Origin: an uncultured candidatus Porisulfidus sp.
Lineage (GTDB): Bacteria; Pseudomonadota; Gammaproteobacteria; Poriferisulfidales; Poriferisulfidaceae
NCBI GenBank assembly: GCA_965116025.1
Contig: OZ220480.1
Span: 608,001-672,000 of the forward strand
Direction: 5' to 3'
Length of the DNA stretch: 64,000 nucleotides
In this document: positions 19,447 to 30,366 of the stretch, piece after piece
Layout of the letters: each line of letters begins with the position of its first letter
Position numbering within the stretch: position 1 is the stretch's first letter
The notes under the pieces: generated by a model
Seen by the model: only the letters and a program-made list of their open reading frames with translations
Told to the model about the DNA's origin: nothing
Database searches by the model: none
Made by a program: the position numbers and the translations under genes

Positions 19447-19695
19447 ACGAGGTCGCCCCCGCGTAGATTGCCGCATGTCACGGAATTCGCCAAACCAGCC
19501 AACGCTCCCAGCCCTCCGCGCACGCTCGAAACTCGCGGACTCGCGGGAGCGCGGCCGGAAGCGACTCCCGCTATTAGCGGAGTCGAGAGCGGTCCGTTTC
19601 GCGTGGACGAGGCGAGACGCTTCGGGCCAAAACTGGGTGGCGCGGACTGAAAAACGTGATAGACTAGAATGGACTAGTTGATGTGGAGATTCCCC

Positions 19696-19983
19696 ATGAA
19701 AGACCGAGCTCTTGGGTTGTCCGAGAAGATCTGGCCGGTCGCCGAGGCCAAGGCGCGTTTGTCGGAGATTTTGAGACAAGCCGAAAAAGAGGGACCGCAG
19801 CAGATCGGGTTGCAGCGAACCTTCGTGGTCACGCCGAAGGAGGAGTGGAGCCCCGCGAGGCTCCCGCCCATGCCTCTTGGCGAGAGCATCATGGAATTGA
19901 TGCCGCGCGGAACGGACCTGAAAATCCCGAAGAGAGAAGGAGGACGCCGTCCCGTCCCGTTCCTCGACTACGACGTGGAATGA
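19696..19983 (+). CDS. Phd/YefM-family antitoxin
   Basis: WPVAEAKARLSEILRQAEKEGPQQI; directly upstream of a PIN toxin. Confidence 0.85.
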   Translation: MKDRALGLSEKIWPVAEAKARLSEILRQAEKEGPQQIGLQRTFVVTPKEEWSPARLPPMPLGESIMELMPRGTDLKIPKREGGRRPVPFLDYDVE

Positions 19984-19984
19984 C

Positions 19985-20404
19985 ATGGCCGGCTTTCTGC
20001 TCGACACTTGCGTGTTCTCCGAGTTCACGAAACGGGACCCCGCGCCGTCGGTCGTCTCGTTTCTCACGGATCCTGGGAAATTCTGGATCTCTTCCGTCGC
20101 GCGCTACGAGCTGGGGCTCGGCGTCAACCTTCTCCCGCAAAGCGACCGGCGAGACGCGCTGAAGATCCAGATCAGCTTTCTTATGGACCTGTTCGAAAAC
20201 CGCGCCCTTCCGGTTGGCAACAAGGAAATGGACGCGGCCGCCTTTCTCATGGCCAAGGCGAAAGACTCCGCCCAGGCTCCAGAATTCGTCGACGCCTTGA
20301 TCGCGGGAACCGCCATGGCGAACGGCCTCGTCTTGGTTACCCGGAAAGTAAAAGACTTCGAGGCGTTGGAAATCGATCTCGCCAACCCTTGGGAGGAGCG
20401 ATGA
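19985..20404 (+). CDS. vapC: VapC-family PIN toxin
   Basis: FLLDTCVFSE...DALIAGTAMANGLVLVTRKVKDF...NPW. Confidence 0.9.
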   Translation: MAGFLLDTCVFSEFTKRDPAPSVVSFLTDPGKFWISSVARYELGLGVNLLPQSDRRDALKIQISFLMDLFENRALPVGNKEMDAAAFLMAKAKDSAQAPEFVDALIAGTAMANGLVLVTRKVKDFEALEIDLANPWEER

Positions 20405-20645
20405 GCAGGCCGCGAACGCAGCGATTAATCGACTCCTCCCGCGCCATCTCCTCCCATGGGTGGAATGGCCAGTCCGCCTTCAAGCGAAAGAGTTCCAGCG
20501 AGTCCATGGGCGAATTCGAGGAACGTCCCCAGGCGTCCACCAACAACGCCCCCAAATCGTCACGCGGGAATCGGGAGAGCGATTTTTCACGATCCTCGGC
20601 AAACCCGTCGGGAGATTCCGATACCATCACGAGAGGCCCCACGAG

Positions 20646-21278
20646 ATGACTGACTTCATTCTTTATTTTTCCTTGGCTACCAGTTCGGCCGCTATCGTGG
20701 CCATCCTGCTCGTGATTTTCAAGGGTGGCCGGTGGGTCGGCAGGATAGAGGGAGACATCAAGAAGATTTTCGGCATACTTGAGGGAATCGACCGAAGATT
20801 TCGGGGAGTCGACAAAAGGCTTGATGGCATTGATGCCAAGATTGATGAGCGCGACAGAAGATTTACCGAGTTTTCCAGAAGAACCGAAGGAGACATCAAA
20901 GAGCTCCGGCAGGATGTCAAGGTCATGATGACCCGGGTTCTCGCCCTGCCTGTCGGGAAAAACAGCCCGTTGCACCTTACGGACATTGGCGAACGGATGT
21001 CCAAGGACATCTCCGGGCGCGCGTGGGCCACCGATGTGGCCCACGCCCTGCGCCATAAGATCGAAGGAAAAGAGCCCTATGAAATTCATGAATTCAGCTT
21101 TCAATACGTCAAGAAGGAGCTTGAGCCAGACCCCGATCTCGCGTCGAAAATTGGTAGGTGCGCTTATGAGACCGGATACAGCCGAGACGATGTGCTGGAC
21201 GTCATGGCGATCGAGCTGCGGGACGCGCTGATGCGACTGGCCGGCCTATCGACAGCAACGGCGCCTCCCTCTTCATAA
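20646..21278 (+). CDS. Membrane-anchored coiled-coil hypothetical protein
   Basis: N-terminal TM helix, GRWVGRIE, heptad-like IDRRF/VDKRL/IDAKI repeats, SPLHLTDIG C-terminal domain. Confidence 0.7.
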   Translation: MTDFILYFSLATSSAAIVAILLVIFKGGRWVGRIEGDIKKIFGILEGIDRRFRGVDKRLDGIDAKIDERDRRFTEFSRRTEGDIKELRQDVKVMMTRVLALPVGKNSPLHLTDIGERMSKDISGRAWATDVAHALRHKIEGKEPYEIHEFSFQYVKKELEPDPDLASKIGRCAYETGYSRDDVLDVMAIELRDALMRLAGLSTATAPPSS

Positions 21279-22314
21279 CGGCCGTTTCTGACCGGAGCGC
21301 GACTTTCGCCAGCCTCGCGGCGGCGCCTGGCGCGCACACGATCCCGTAGCGATAGTGTCCCGTATTGAGGAACAGCCCCCGAATCCTCTCATGCGCTCCG
21401 ACTCGCGGCCCGGAAGCGTCTCCCGCCGGGCGCAATCCCGCCCTATGCTCGTCCGGCTCGGCCGCCAGCAGATCCGGACACCAGTGCCGCGCGAAATCCG
21501 TTAGCTCCGCTCGCGCGCGCTCAGTGACGCTCGCGTCGAAACCCGCGTCCTCGTCGGTCGCGCCCGCCAGCGTCTCGCCATTCGCGCGCGCCACCAGATA
21601 GCGGTGGCCGTCGAGAATGATCGGCAAATCCCCCGCGTCCACTGATCGCCAAGAGACGATCTGTCCACGGCGCGGGCGAACTGGGGATTTCGTCCCGGCC
21701 TCGCTTTCCAGTTCCGCGCTCCAGGCTCCCGCCGCGATCACCACCCGCTGCGCTCGCCATTCCTTCTCTTCTCCGCCAACTCCGAGCGCGAGCGTCCGGT
21801 CTCCGTCTAGAAGCACCCTTAAGACCCGGGCGTTTTCCCAGCGCGCGCCAGCGCCATCCAGGTCACGGCGCAACGTCGCCATGAACCGACGCGGATCGAC
21901 TTGGCCCACTTCCGGCAGCAGAGCCACGTCGCGATCGGGGGGCGCCAGTTGCGGATAGCGCCGCCGGCACTCGTCCGGCGTCATGATCTCGCTGGTCAGC
22001 CCTTGGGATTCCGCCCAACTGGCGGCCCGCCGGGCCTCCATGCCGACGACTAGAAGACCGCGCCGCTCGAAGCCCGTCTCCGCCTCGACGCCAGCGCACA
22101 ATTCCGGGTAGGCCACGTGCCCGTGGCGCGCCAGGCTCGCCCAGATCCCATCGCCGGTCGGATCGAAGATCGAGAACAGGATCCCGGCCGCGGCCGGCGT
22201 GGCGGCGCCTGGACGCTCGATGTCCAGTATCACCGTCTCCATGCCACTTCGCGCGAGCGCCCGCGCCGTGAGCGCGCCAACGATCCCCCCGCCCACCACC
22301 ACGCAGGCGACCAT
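21202..22314 (-). CDS. thiO: FAD-dependent glycine/D-amino-acid oxidase (ThiO-like)
   Basis: VVGGGIVG Rossmann motif, ATPAAAGIL, AAGAWS, PRRGQI, AGLRP, TGHYRYGI. Confidence 0.75.
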   Translation of the reverse strand: MVACVVVGGGIVGALTARALARSGMETVILDIERPGAATPAAAGILFSIFDPTGDGIWASLARHGHVAYPELCAGVEAETGFERRGLLVVGMEARRAASWAESQGLTSEIMTPDECRRRYPQLAPPDRDVALLPEVGQVDPRRFMATLRRDLDGAGARWENARVLRVLLDGDRTLALGVGGEEKEWRAQRVVIAAGAWSAELESEAGTKSPVRPRRGQIVSWRSVDAGDLPIILDGHRYLVARANGETLAGATDEDAGFDASVTERARAELTDFARHWCPDLLAAEPDEHRAGLRPAGDASGPRVGAHERIRGLFLNTGHYRYGIVCAPGAAARLAKVALRSETAVMKREAPLLSIGRPVASARPAARSP

Positions 22315-22320
22315 GCCAGA

Positions 22321-22929
22321 TCAGTCCGTGGCGCGCTCGGCCTTCAGGATCAGCACCTGCTTCTTGGGAACGTCGCTGTGGGGCCCGTGCTGGCCGGTCG
22401 TCACCCCACTGATCGCGTCCACCACCTCGATCCCCTCGACCACCCGCCCGAACACGGCGTAACCCCAGCCTCGCTGGCTCTTCTCCTGATGGTCGAGAAA
22501 GTCGTTGTCCACCGAATTTATGAAAAATTGCGCGGTGGCCGAATGCGGATCGCCGGTCCGCGCCATGGCGATGGTTCCACGCTCATTTCTCAGGCCGTTG
22601 TCGGCCTCGTTCTCGATCGGCGGCAACGTCGGCTTCTGCTCGAAGTCACGGTCAAAGCCACCGCCCTGGATCATGAATCCCTTGATCACGCGATGGAAGA
22701 TCGTTCCGTCGTAGAAGCCATCGTCAACGTACTTCAGAAAATTCTCCGTGGTCCTAGGGGCGTTTTTAGCATCCAGCTGGATCACGAGGGTCCCGGACGT
22801 GGTCTCCATCCGGACTTTAGGGGCCAAGTCGTTCGCGGCCATCAGCAAATCTCCAGAAAACAACGACACGGCCATCGCCGCGACCCACCGCGACATTCCT
22901 TTTTTTGGCAAGAGCATTGACGTTTCCAT
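22321..22929 (-). CDS. ppiA: Cyclophilin-type peptidyl-prolyl cis-trans isomerase (exported)
   Basis: [44 protein letters not shown]. Confidence 0.9.
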   Translation of the reverse strand: METSMLLPKKGMSRWVAAMAVSLFSGDLLMAANDLAPKVRMETTSGTLVIQLDAKNAPRTTENFLKYVDDGFYDGTIFHRVIKGFMIQGGGFDRDFEQKPTLPPIENEADNGLRNERGTIAMARTGDPHSATAQFFINSVDNDFLDHQEKSQRGWGYAVFGRVVEGIEVVDAISGVTTGQHGPHSDVPKKQVLILKAERATD

Positions 22930-22991
22930 TCAGTTTTTGGCGCGGCTATTATCCACCACCGCCAGAATACGCCGTCAGCGGGGAAAGGCGG

Positions 22992-23067
22992 TGGTGCCGG
23001 CGAGAGGAATCGAACCCCCGACCTACTGATTACGAAACAGTTGCTCTACCGACTGAGCTACACCGGC
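22992..23067 (-). tRNA. tRNA-Thr (CGT)
   Basis: GCCGGTGTAGCTCAGTCGGTAGAGCAACTGTTTCGTAATCAGTAGGTCGGGGGTTCGATTCCTCTCGCCGGCACCA; 76 nt, encoded CCA. Confidence 0.95.
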
Positions 23068-23385
23068 ACAGCGGCGCCATTTTAATCCTCTTCTCTCGGG
23101 ATCCCCATCTTCTCGCAATTCATCTATCTCCCTCTCGAGGAGCTCGGGGTGGTCCGTACCATGCGGAAATCCCTCCATGGCGTCGCAAAGGTCATACAAT
23201 TCGTGCAGATCGCCCTCCTCAAGGGGCAAGCCACCGGCGACCTCCTTGAATTCCCGCACGACATCCTCAAGGTGCTGTCGGTCCTCGTGCCGCATCTCGG
23301 AAATCGTCGCCAAGTCCAAGGCGGCATCCTCGATATCCTCCAGCAGCTTTATCGCTCTCTTGGAACTCATTTCGTTCTCCGGCAT
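23023..23385 (-). CDS. Acidic hypothetical protein whose frame runs into the tRNA
   Basis: Natural-looking helical acidic sequence; last ~15 codons overlap tRNA-Thr. Confidence 0.4.
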   Translation of the reverse strand: MPENEMSSKRAIKLLEDIEDAALDLATISEMRHEDRQHLEDVVREFKEVAGGLPLEEGDLHELYDLCDAMEGFPHGTDHPELLEREIDELREDGDPERRGLKWRRCAGVAQSVEQLFRNQ

Positions 23386-23486
23386 AAGGGGGCGCCGCCG
23401 CGCTTAGGCGCTCCACTCTATTAAACCAGATGTCGTCGAAAGCCTGAAATTCCGGCGGAGCGGACGCGAAGCGCCTCCGCAGGTGT

Positions 23487-23514
23487 TTGCGAAAGCGTTG
23501 GCGTTGGCTATAAT
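23487..23514 (+). promoter_or_regulatory. Sigma70-like promoter for the autotransporter
   Basis: TTGCGA-N16-TATAAT, followed by AGGAG RBS and ATG at 23561. Confidence 0.6.
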
Positions 23515-23560
23515 GCGCGCTCATCTGAACGCTGGACCGATCCCATATAGGAGAACGACA

Positions 23561-26500
23561 ATGACCAAGAACCTGTCCATTTTCGAGATTCGCGCCGCGC
23601 TTCGCGGGGCTTCGTCGTCTTCCCGCATAGGGGGGGGGGGGGGGGGGGGGGGCATAGCCTCCATTTCCTGACCGTTCTGGCCGGATTCACGGCCATTCTC
23701 GCGGTTCCGCACTCCGCCGTCGCGGTGAACGAGTGCGGCGCTACCAGCCCGGTCACCTGCGGCGACGCGAGTTACACCTCCACTAGCGACTCCCCGATCA
23801 AGTATGAGAATCGGACCGGGGGGCTGACCTTGACCGTGAAGCCTTCCGCGGCGGGCACGGTCACCATCACTTCCACGAAGCTTCCCGCGGATGATACCGA
23901 GGCGTTCCCGGGGATCCACCTGGACGGGGAAGGCACTCTGAAAGTCCTCTTGGATGGCGCCGTGAAAGTCTTGAACGGGGCGACCCGGACGACGGTGGAG
24001 GCCACGTACGACGGAGAGAAGCAACAGTTCATCGACCCGGCTCACAAGCGCGGCTCGCAGAACGACGGGGTGTACGTGGCGTACGACAAGGATGACGACG
24101 CGGGGACGACGAAGGGCATGGTGGAGGTGATGGTGGGGAAGGACGCGATGATCGGGAGCGCGACGGCGCCGGCGGGACGGTACGGGGTTCACGCCACCTT
24201 CATGGACGCGGACGGCGACGCCAACTATCCGGCCGGGAAGATCAAGGTGACGAGCGCGGGGAAGGTTTACGGTCATTTCGCGGGGATTTACGCGAAGCAC
24301 GACGGGGCCGGGGACATTGAGATCGAGACGTCGGAGGGGAGCGTGACGTCGATGGGGATTCGGGCGATCTCGAACAAGGCTGACAAGGCGGATCGGGGCG
24401 GGAATATCGCCATTCGCCATCATGGCGCGATCATGGTCAAGGATCCGGCTCGGTACGCGGAAGAGATCATGACGACGGGCGCGCTGACGACGGCCACGCC
24501 GGTGGAGATGGACAAAGTCAGCTTTGGCGGCCGGCACAGAGCCGGGATCTACGTGGAGCACAGGGACAAGGATGGGGGCACGGACGCGAAGCCCAGCAGC
24601 TCGATCATGGTGGAGTCGAGCGGCGACATCGCCGCCCATCCGATCCACGGCAAGGAAGGCGACAACAGAGCGAGAAGAAACGCCATTTACGTCGATACGC
24701 GGGGGGATCAGAATTCCTCCGTGGTGCCGGTCATGATCGACGTGACGGGGGGCGCCCTGACGGCGGACGACCCGAGCGGAAGAAACGGAGGGTATGGGAT
24801 TTTCGTCTATCACTTTCAGCACAAAGGCGGTTTGATCAAGGTGGACCTCGCCGGCGAGATCGCGCGGACGGGAGACATAAGAGATGGGATCGGAATTTAC
24901 CGGTACTCCAAGGCCGATTTCGACGACTCGGTCAATCGGGACATTGAGGTGACGCTGAGGTCTGGCGCGCGGATCGGAATGGAAGGAGAGGCGCCGACCG
25001 TGGGCCGGGATGGCGTGAACGTTCGCCAGCAAGCGGCCGGGGGGACGATCCGTGTGACCATCTCCGAGGGGGCGCGGATCGGGACCACGGGGACTCCGGT
25101 TGGCCGGTACGGCGTGTCCATTGATACGGTCGAGGCTGATGACGAGACTGACATCATGGTCACCAACGCGGGCTTCATCCACGCGAAGGGCTCGGGAGTG
25201 GCCGCTCTGCATCGCGGCTGGGGCGACGTGATCGTGGAGCATCTGGCGGGAGAGATCGTCGCGGGCGACGGGCCCGATATCTTGGAATCCATCGGATCGG
25301 AGGATCACAAGACGAAGCTGGCGGATCTGAAGTCTCGGACCGCCGGCATCCTCGCCGTTCATGGAGGCTCGGAGCCCAAGCCGCTTCCCGGCAAGAATAT
25401 CAGCAATAACGACCCCTCCACCTACGAGTCCGACATCGGGGAGATCAAGATCACGTCGAAGGCGAACGTCACGTCGAAGGGCGACGGCATTCTCGCCTAC
25501 GTGAGAGACCTGGACGATTCGAGAGCCAGGAGCCCCAAGATGCGAGTCCCGATCATGATCGATGTTTCAGGCGGAACGATCACGGCGGACGGCCACGGCG
25601 TCCACGCGGAGACGGCCACTATCTACCAGGGCACCTACGCGAATACGGAGACCACCTACGACGACGCGACGAAAGCCGGAAAGATCAGCGTCACGGTAGG
25701 GGAGATGGCGACGATCCGGGCCAAGAAGGACGGGGTGCATGTCAAGGGCATGCGGACCTTCGCGGAAGATCACGCTACCCGGGCGGGGCACTACGACCAG
25801 ACGGTCACCATCAACGGCAAGGTGATGGGCGGCGGCGGCGAGCACGCCGGCGTTCGGATGGTGAACGGCGGGACGCTGATGATCGGGCCGAAGGCGGAGA
25901 TCAGCGCGACGTCGGGGATCGCGGTGAGCGCGGACAAGGCGCTGCATGTCACCCTGAAGGAGAATGAGCATGGGCAGATCGCTTTCGTCATGGGGAAATT
26001 CCTGAACAGTGGAAAGGACGCGCCGAACGTCTTCCAGCGGGAGTTGATGGCCGGCGCGAAGAAGACGATAGCCGTGGGGGACGCGGTGAAGGCGACGTCG
26101 GGGAAGACGGGGACGCATGGGGTGTATGACGCGGTGTTCGAGCGTATGGTCACGCTGAAGTCGATCACGGGCGGGCATCAGTTCCAGGTGGACTCCGAGA
26201 AGGAGATCAGCCGGACGTACCACGCCCGGGCTCGGGTGTACGAGGCGCTGCCGTCGGTGCTGCTGGAGATGAGCGCGCCGGGCGGTCGTCAGGCGCGTTT
26301 GTCGGCGACGCGAGACGGCGGGGGCGCTTGGGCGCGGGTGTTGGCGAGCGACGGCGAGCGGGAGGTGGAGACATCCACGACCGAGATGGACGATGCGGGT
26401 CGCGCGCTGTCTTGGGATTTCGAGCGCTGGGGCGTGGAGACGGGCATCGTCGTTCCTACGGACGCGCCGGGGCTGATGCTGGGCGTGAGCGCGCACTACC

Positions 26501-27123
26501 GCGACGGCGAGGCGGACGTCGCGCGGGGCGGGAAGATCGAGGTCTCGGGCGTGGGCGTCGGGGCATCGGCGACTTGGCGGGGGGAGGACGGCTGGTACGC
26601 GGACGGGGAGCTCTCGTACACGCGGTTCGAGGATGTCGACTTGAGCTCGGAGACTCGGGGGATGGTGGCGTCCGGTCTGGACGGAGAGGGTCACGCGATC
26701 GGCGTGGAGGTCGGCAGGCGCATGGAGATGAACGGTCTGGCGGTGATCCCGCGTGGGGGGCTAACCTGGTCGTCGGTGGACATGGACGATTTCGCCGACG
26801 TGTCGGGCGTGGCCGGAAGCGGTCGGGTGGAGTTCAGCTCGGAGGACAGCGCGCGGGCGCGTATCGGGGTACTGTTGGAGAACGGCGAGACGTACGCCTC
26901 ATTGGACGTGGAGCGCGAGCTGTCGGAGAGCCGGGACGTGATGGCTTCGGGGTCGCGCCTGCGCTCGGAGGTGGAGTCCACGTGGGCGCGATTGGGCGTC
27001 GGGGGCGTGATGGTCTTGGATGAGAAGGGAGAGTCGACGCTATCAGGTGACGCTCACTACGCGGCGTCGGACGGCGACAATCATGATTACGGCGCGAGCG
27101 TCCTTCTGAAGGCTCGCTTCTGA
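23561..27123 (+). CDS. Autotransporter (type Va) with beta-helical passenger; out of frame at a G23 tract (phase OFF)
   Basis: C-terminal beta-barrel (RVYEALP, AWARVLASDG, ...YGASVLLKARF); signal peptide split across frames by poly-G. Confidence 0.9.
23630..23652 (+). repeat. G23 homopolymer (candidate slipped-strand switch)
   Basis: 23 consecutive G in the signal-peptide coding region. Confidence 0.9.
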
Positions 27124-27292
27124 GCGCGTGGCCCCAACCCTCAAGCTGAGGTCACGTCTTGTATCGGGATAGCCGCGCGGGCTCTCTCTCAAAAAACTCG
27201 CCGCGCGCGGCCAACGCCCCCGATGAAGTCCATGCGTGATTTCCCGTGGGCGGCGGAGCGGCCGCGCGATATCATCCACCGCTCGGTTTCGC

Positions 27293-27817
27293 TCATTCGA
27301 ATGGCGGCCAAGCCCACTGCAACAAGGCTTGCCGCTGGCGCGGGCGACAGGATAGGTCGCCGGGCGAGCAGTTCTTCCGGATTTGTCCCGCGTGGCGGGC
27401 GATGCCCTTCCACCGTCGAACCTGGATCGTGTCCACCAATGGATCTCGCCGGCCCAAATAATACCGACAGTACCACTGGAACCAGCCACGCGGATCATCG
27501 CCCAGGATCCAGCCCTTCTCGCGCCAGACTCGCAGCGGTTGCCGAGACTTCAAGCCGAAACGGTTGACTCCGGGGTCCGGCGCCTCGCTCAGTCGCGCGT
27601 CCCGATACCAGCGTGCCGGAAACTCCGCGCGGCAGTCGTTCAGGTATTTTCCCTCGAACACCCCGAGCGCCAGCATCTCGGCTGGCGTGAAGAACGGCGC
27701 GAAGCCCTCGGCGAAATCCCGCCCCTCCGGCGCTTCCAGAAAATACCGGTATCCGGTCTGCATGCTGTCGCTCACGTCGACCCAGACGCCGGGAACGAAC
27801 TTTCTGGTTTCCGTCAT
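27293..27817 (-). CDS. Conserved hypothetical protein
   Basis: TPAEMLALGVFEGKY, KGWI..DDPRGWFQWYCRYYLGRR, RPRQRQALLQWA motifs of a widespread uncharacterised family. Confidence 0.8.
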   Translation of the reverse strand: MTETRKFVPGVWVDVSDSMQTGYRYFLEAPEGRDFAEGFAPFFTPAEMLALGVFEGKYLNDCRAEFPARWYRDARLSEAPDPGVNRFGLKSRQPLRVWREKGWILGDDPRGWFQWYCRYYLGRRDPLVDTIQVRRWKGIARHAGQIRKNCSPGDLSCRPRQRQALLQWAWPPFE

Positions 27818-27866
27818 CTCGGAACGTCGGACCCCCGCGCCCAGACGGACGAGCTTGGAGGGGAAA

Positions 27867-28286
27867 TCAGCCGGCGACGCGCAGGGTCACGTCCACGCCG
27901 ACCAGGCTAGAGCCACCAAGCGCCCCGTTGGGCACCCGCACTTGGACTTGGGCGGGATCCAGATCCTCGATCTTTCCGGTATCGATATGGTACAGGTGAT
28001 GGTGCGGCGCCAGGTTGGTGTCGTAGACGCGCGAGCGGTCCCCGAAGTCCAGTTCCTGGAGCAACCCGTTTCGGACGAGCAGGCTCAGAGTGTTATAGAC
28101 CGTGCTGCGAGAGATCGAGGCGTCGCTCGCCCGCGCGCGGCGAAACAGTTCCGCCGCCTCCAAGTGCTGCTCGCGGGCGAACAGGATGGCGCTGATGGCG
28201 ACGCGTTGTCGAGTCGGCCGGATGCCGCGCGCGCGCAACAGCGCCGCCGCCTCGACGCTGGACATCTGAACGGATTCCGGCCTCAT
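27867..28286 (-). CDS. Fur-family transcriptional regulator (Irr/PerR-like)
   Basis: [39 protein letters not shown]. Confidence 0.88.
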   Translation of the reverse strand: MRPESVQMSSVEAAALLRARGIRPTRQRVAISAILFAREQHLEAAELFRRARASDASISRSTVYNTLSLLVRNGLLQELDFGDRSRVYDTNLAPHHHLYHIDTGKIEDLDPAQVQVRVPNGALGGSSLVGVDVTLRVAG

Positions 28287-28392
28287 CTCCTCATTGTATC
28301 CCGATTTCGGCTGGCGCGCGAAGCGCGCGCCGGAGCCTGTCCTACAATACGACGCTCGCGCGCGAGCGCGCGCTCCGGCCCGGCCGCCTTCC

Positions 28393-30366
28393 ATGTCCGC
28401 CTCCTCGACCGACCCTTTCTCCCGCGACCAAGCTTTCCCCGTCCCGGACTCGTTCGCGAAGAGCGCGCTGATCGACCGGGCGAGCTACCTTGAGAGCTAC
28501 CACCGCTCGATCGAGGATCCGGAGGGATTCTGGCGCGAGCACGGCCGAAGAATCGACTGGATCCGGCCTTACACCAAAATCCGCGACGTCTCCTACGACG
28601 CGGCCGACTTGCGGATCCGCTGGTTCCACGACGGAATCCTGAACGCTTGCGGCAACTGCGTGGACCGCCACCTCGAGACGAGGGCGGATCAGGCCGCCAT
28701 CCTTTGGGAAGGCGACGAGCCGGACCAGGATCGGGCCCTCACCTACCGAGAGCTGCACCGGCAGGTTTGCCGGTTCGCCAATGGGCTGAAGGAGGCCGGG
28801 GCTCGGAAAGGGGACCGGATCACCATCTACATGCCAATGATCCCGGAGGCCGTCGTGGCCATGCTGGCGTGCGCCCGGATCGGCGCCGTTCATTCGGTGG
28901 TCTTCGGTGGCTTCTCGCCCGAGGCGCTGGCGGACCGCGTCCGCGATGCCGGCAGCGACATGCTCATCACGGCCGACGAGGGAGTTCGCGGCGGCAAGCG
29001 GATCCCGCTGAAAGCGAACGTGGACCGCGCGGTCGAGCGGTGCCCGGCGGTGCGCCGCGTCATCGTCGCGCGCCATACCGGCGCGGATATTCCGTGGAAC
29101 CAAAGCCGGGATATCTGGTCTCACGATCTCGCCGCGCGGGTTGAGAACGACTGTCCGCTGGAGGAGATGGCGGCGGAGGACCCGCTGTTCATCCTCTACA
29201 CCTCTGGATCGACCGGGAAGCCGAAAGGCATTCTGCATACCACCGGCGGCTATCTGGTCTACGCCTCGATGACCCATCAATACGCGTTCGATTGCCAAGA
29301 CGGCGACGTCCATTGGTGCACGGCGGATATCGGCTGGGTGACCGGGCACAGCTATCTCGTGTACGGTCCGCTGGCCAACGGCGCCACCACGCTGATGTTC
29401 GAGGGCGTGCCGAACTATCCGGACGCCTCCCGGTTCTGGCGGATCTGCGACAAGCACGGGGTCTCCCTGTTCTACACCGCGCCCACGGCCATCCGCGCCC
29501 TGATGCGCGAGGGCGAGGGACCCGTCCGCGCCACCTCCCGAAAAACGCTCCGCGTGCTCGGCACGGTCGGCGAACCGATCAACCCGGAAGCCTGGCGCTT
29601 CTACCACCAAGTCGTCGGCGACGGCCGTTGCCCGGTGGTGGACACTTGGTGGCAAACCGAGACCGGCGGGATCATGATCGCCCCGCTGCCCGGCGCCACG
29701 GACCTGAAGCCAGGCTCCGCGACCCGCCCGTTCTTCGGGATCCGCCCAATCCTGATGAACGCTCGGGGAGAGGAGGTCGAGGGCGCCGGCGAGGGAGACC
29801 TGTGCATCGCGGACAGCTGGCCCGGGCAGATGCGCGCGATCCATGGCGACCGCCAGCGCTTCGTCGACACGTACTTCACCGCCTATCCCGGGCGCTATTT
29901 CACCGGGGACGGGGCGCGCCGCGACGAGGACGGCGACTACTGGATCACCGGCCGCGTCGACGACGTGATCAACGTCTCGGGACACCGCATGGGCACCGCC
30001 GAGGTCGAATCCGCGCTGGTCGCGCATCCCCTCGTGGCGGAGGCCGCGGTGGTGGGCTTCCCCCACGAGATCAAGGGCCAAGGCGTCTACGCCTACGTCA
30101 CGCTGATGGCCGGGCAGGATCCGGACGAGGACCTTCGCGCCGCGCTCCGCGTTTGGGTGGGCGAGCGAATCGGTCCGATCGCGCGGCCGGATTTCGTCCA
30201 GTGGGCCCCGGGGTTGCCGAAGACCCGGTCCGGCAAGATCATGCGCCGCATCCTGCGCAAGATCGCCGCCGACGACCCCACGGATCTGGGCGACACCTCG
30301 ACGCTGGCCGACCCGGCGGTCGTCGACGACCTGATCGAGAGCCGAAGGAATCGGGCCGCCGCGTGA
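28393..30366 (+). CDS. acs: Acetyl-CoA synthetase
   Basis: [38 protein letters not shown]. Confidence 0.97.
   Translation: MSASSTDPFSRDQAFPVPDSFAKSALIDRASYLESYHRSIEDPEGFWREHGRRIDWIRPYTKIRDVSYDAADLRIRWFHDGILNACGNCVDRHLETRADQAAILWEGDEPDQDRALTYRELHRQVCRFANGLKEAGARKGDRITIYMPMIPEAVVAMLACARIGAVHSVVFGGFSPEALADRVRDAGSDMLITADEGVRGGKRIPLKANVDRAVERCPAVRRVIVARHTGADIPWNQSRDIWSHDLAARVENDCPLEEMAAEDPLFILYTSGSTGKPKGILHTTGGYLVYASMTHQYAFDCQDGDVHWCTADIGWVTGHSYLVYGPLANGATTLMFEGVPNYPDASRFWRICDKHGVSLFYTAPTAIRALMREGEGPVRATSRKTLRVLGTVGEPINPEAWRFYHQVVGDGRCPVVDTWWQTETGGIMIAPLPGATDLKPGSATRPFFGIRPILMNARGEEVEGAGEGDLCIADSWPGQMRAIHGDRQRFVDTYFTAYPGRYFTGDGARRDEDGDYWITGRVDDVINVSGHRMGTAEVESALVAHPLVAEAAVVGFPHEIKGQGVYAYVTLMAGQDPDEDLRAALRVWVGERIGPIARPDFVQWAPGLPKTRSGKIMRRILRKIAADDPTDLGDTSTLADPAVVDDLIESRRNRAAA

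Noticed and set aside
19447-20067. N-terminal 200 aa of the 1201-aa receptor ORF
   Set aside because: Antisense to the TA genes and upstream of the signal peptide; an artefact of taking the longest ORF.
22992-23040. tRNA-Thr as integration site of an island
   Set aside because: No duplicated tRNA 3' end or integrase seen; housekeeping ppiA follows directly.
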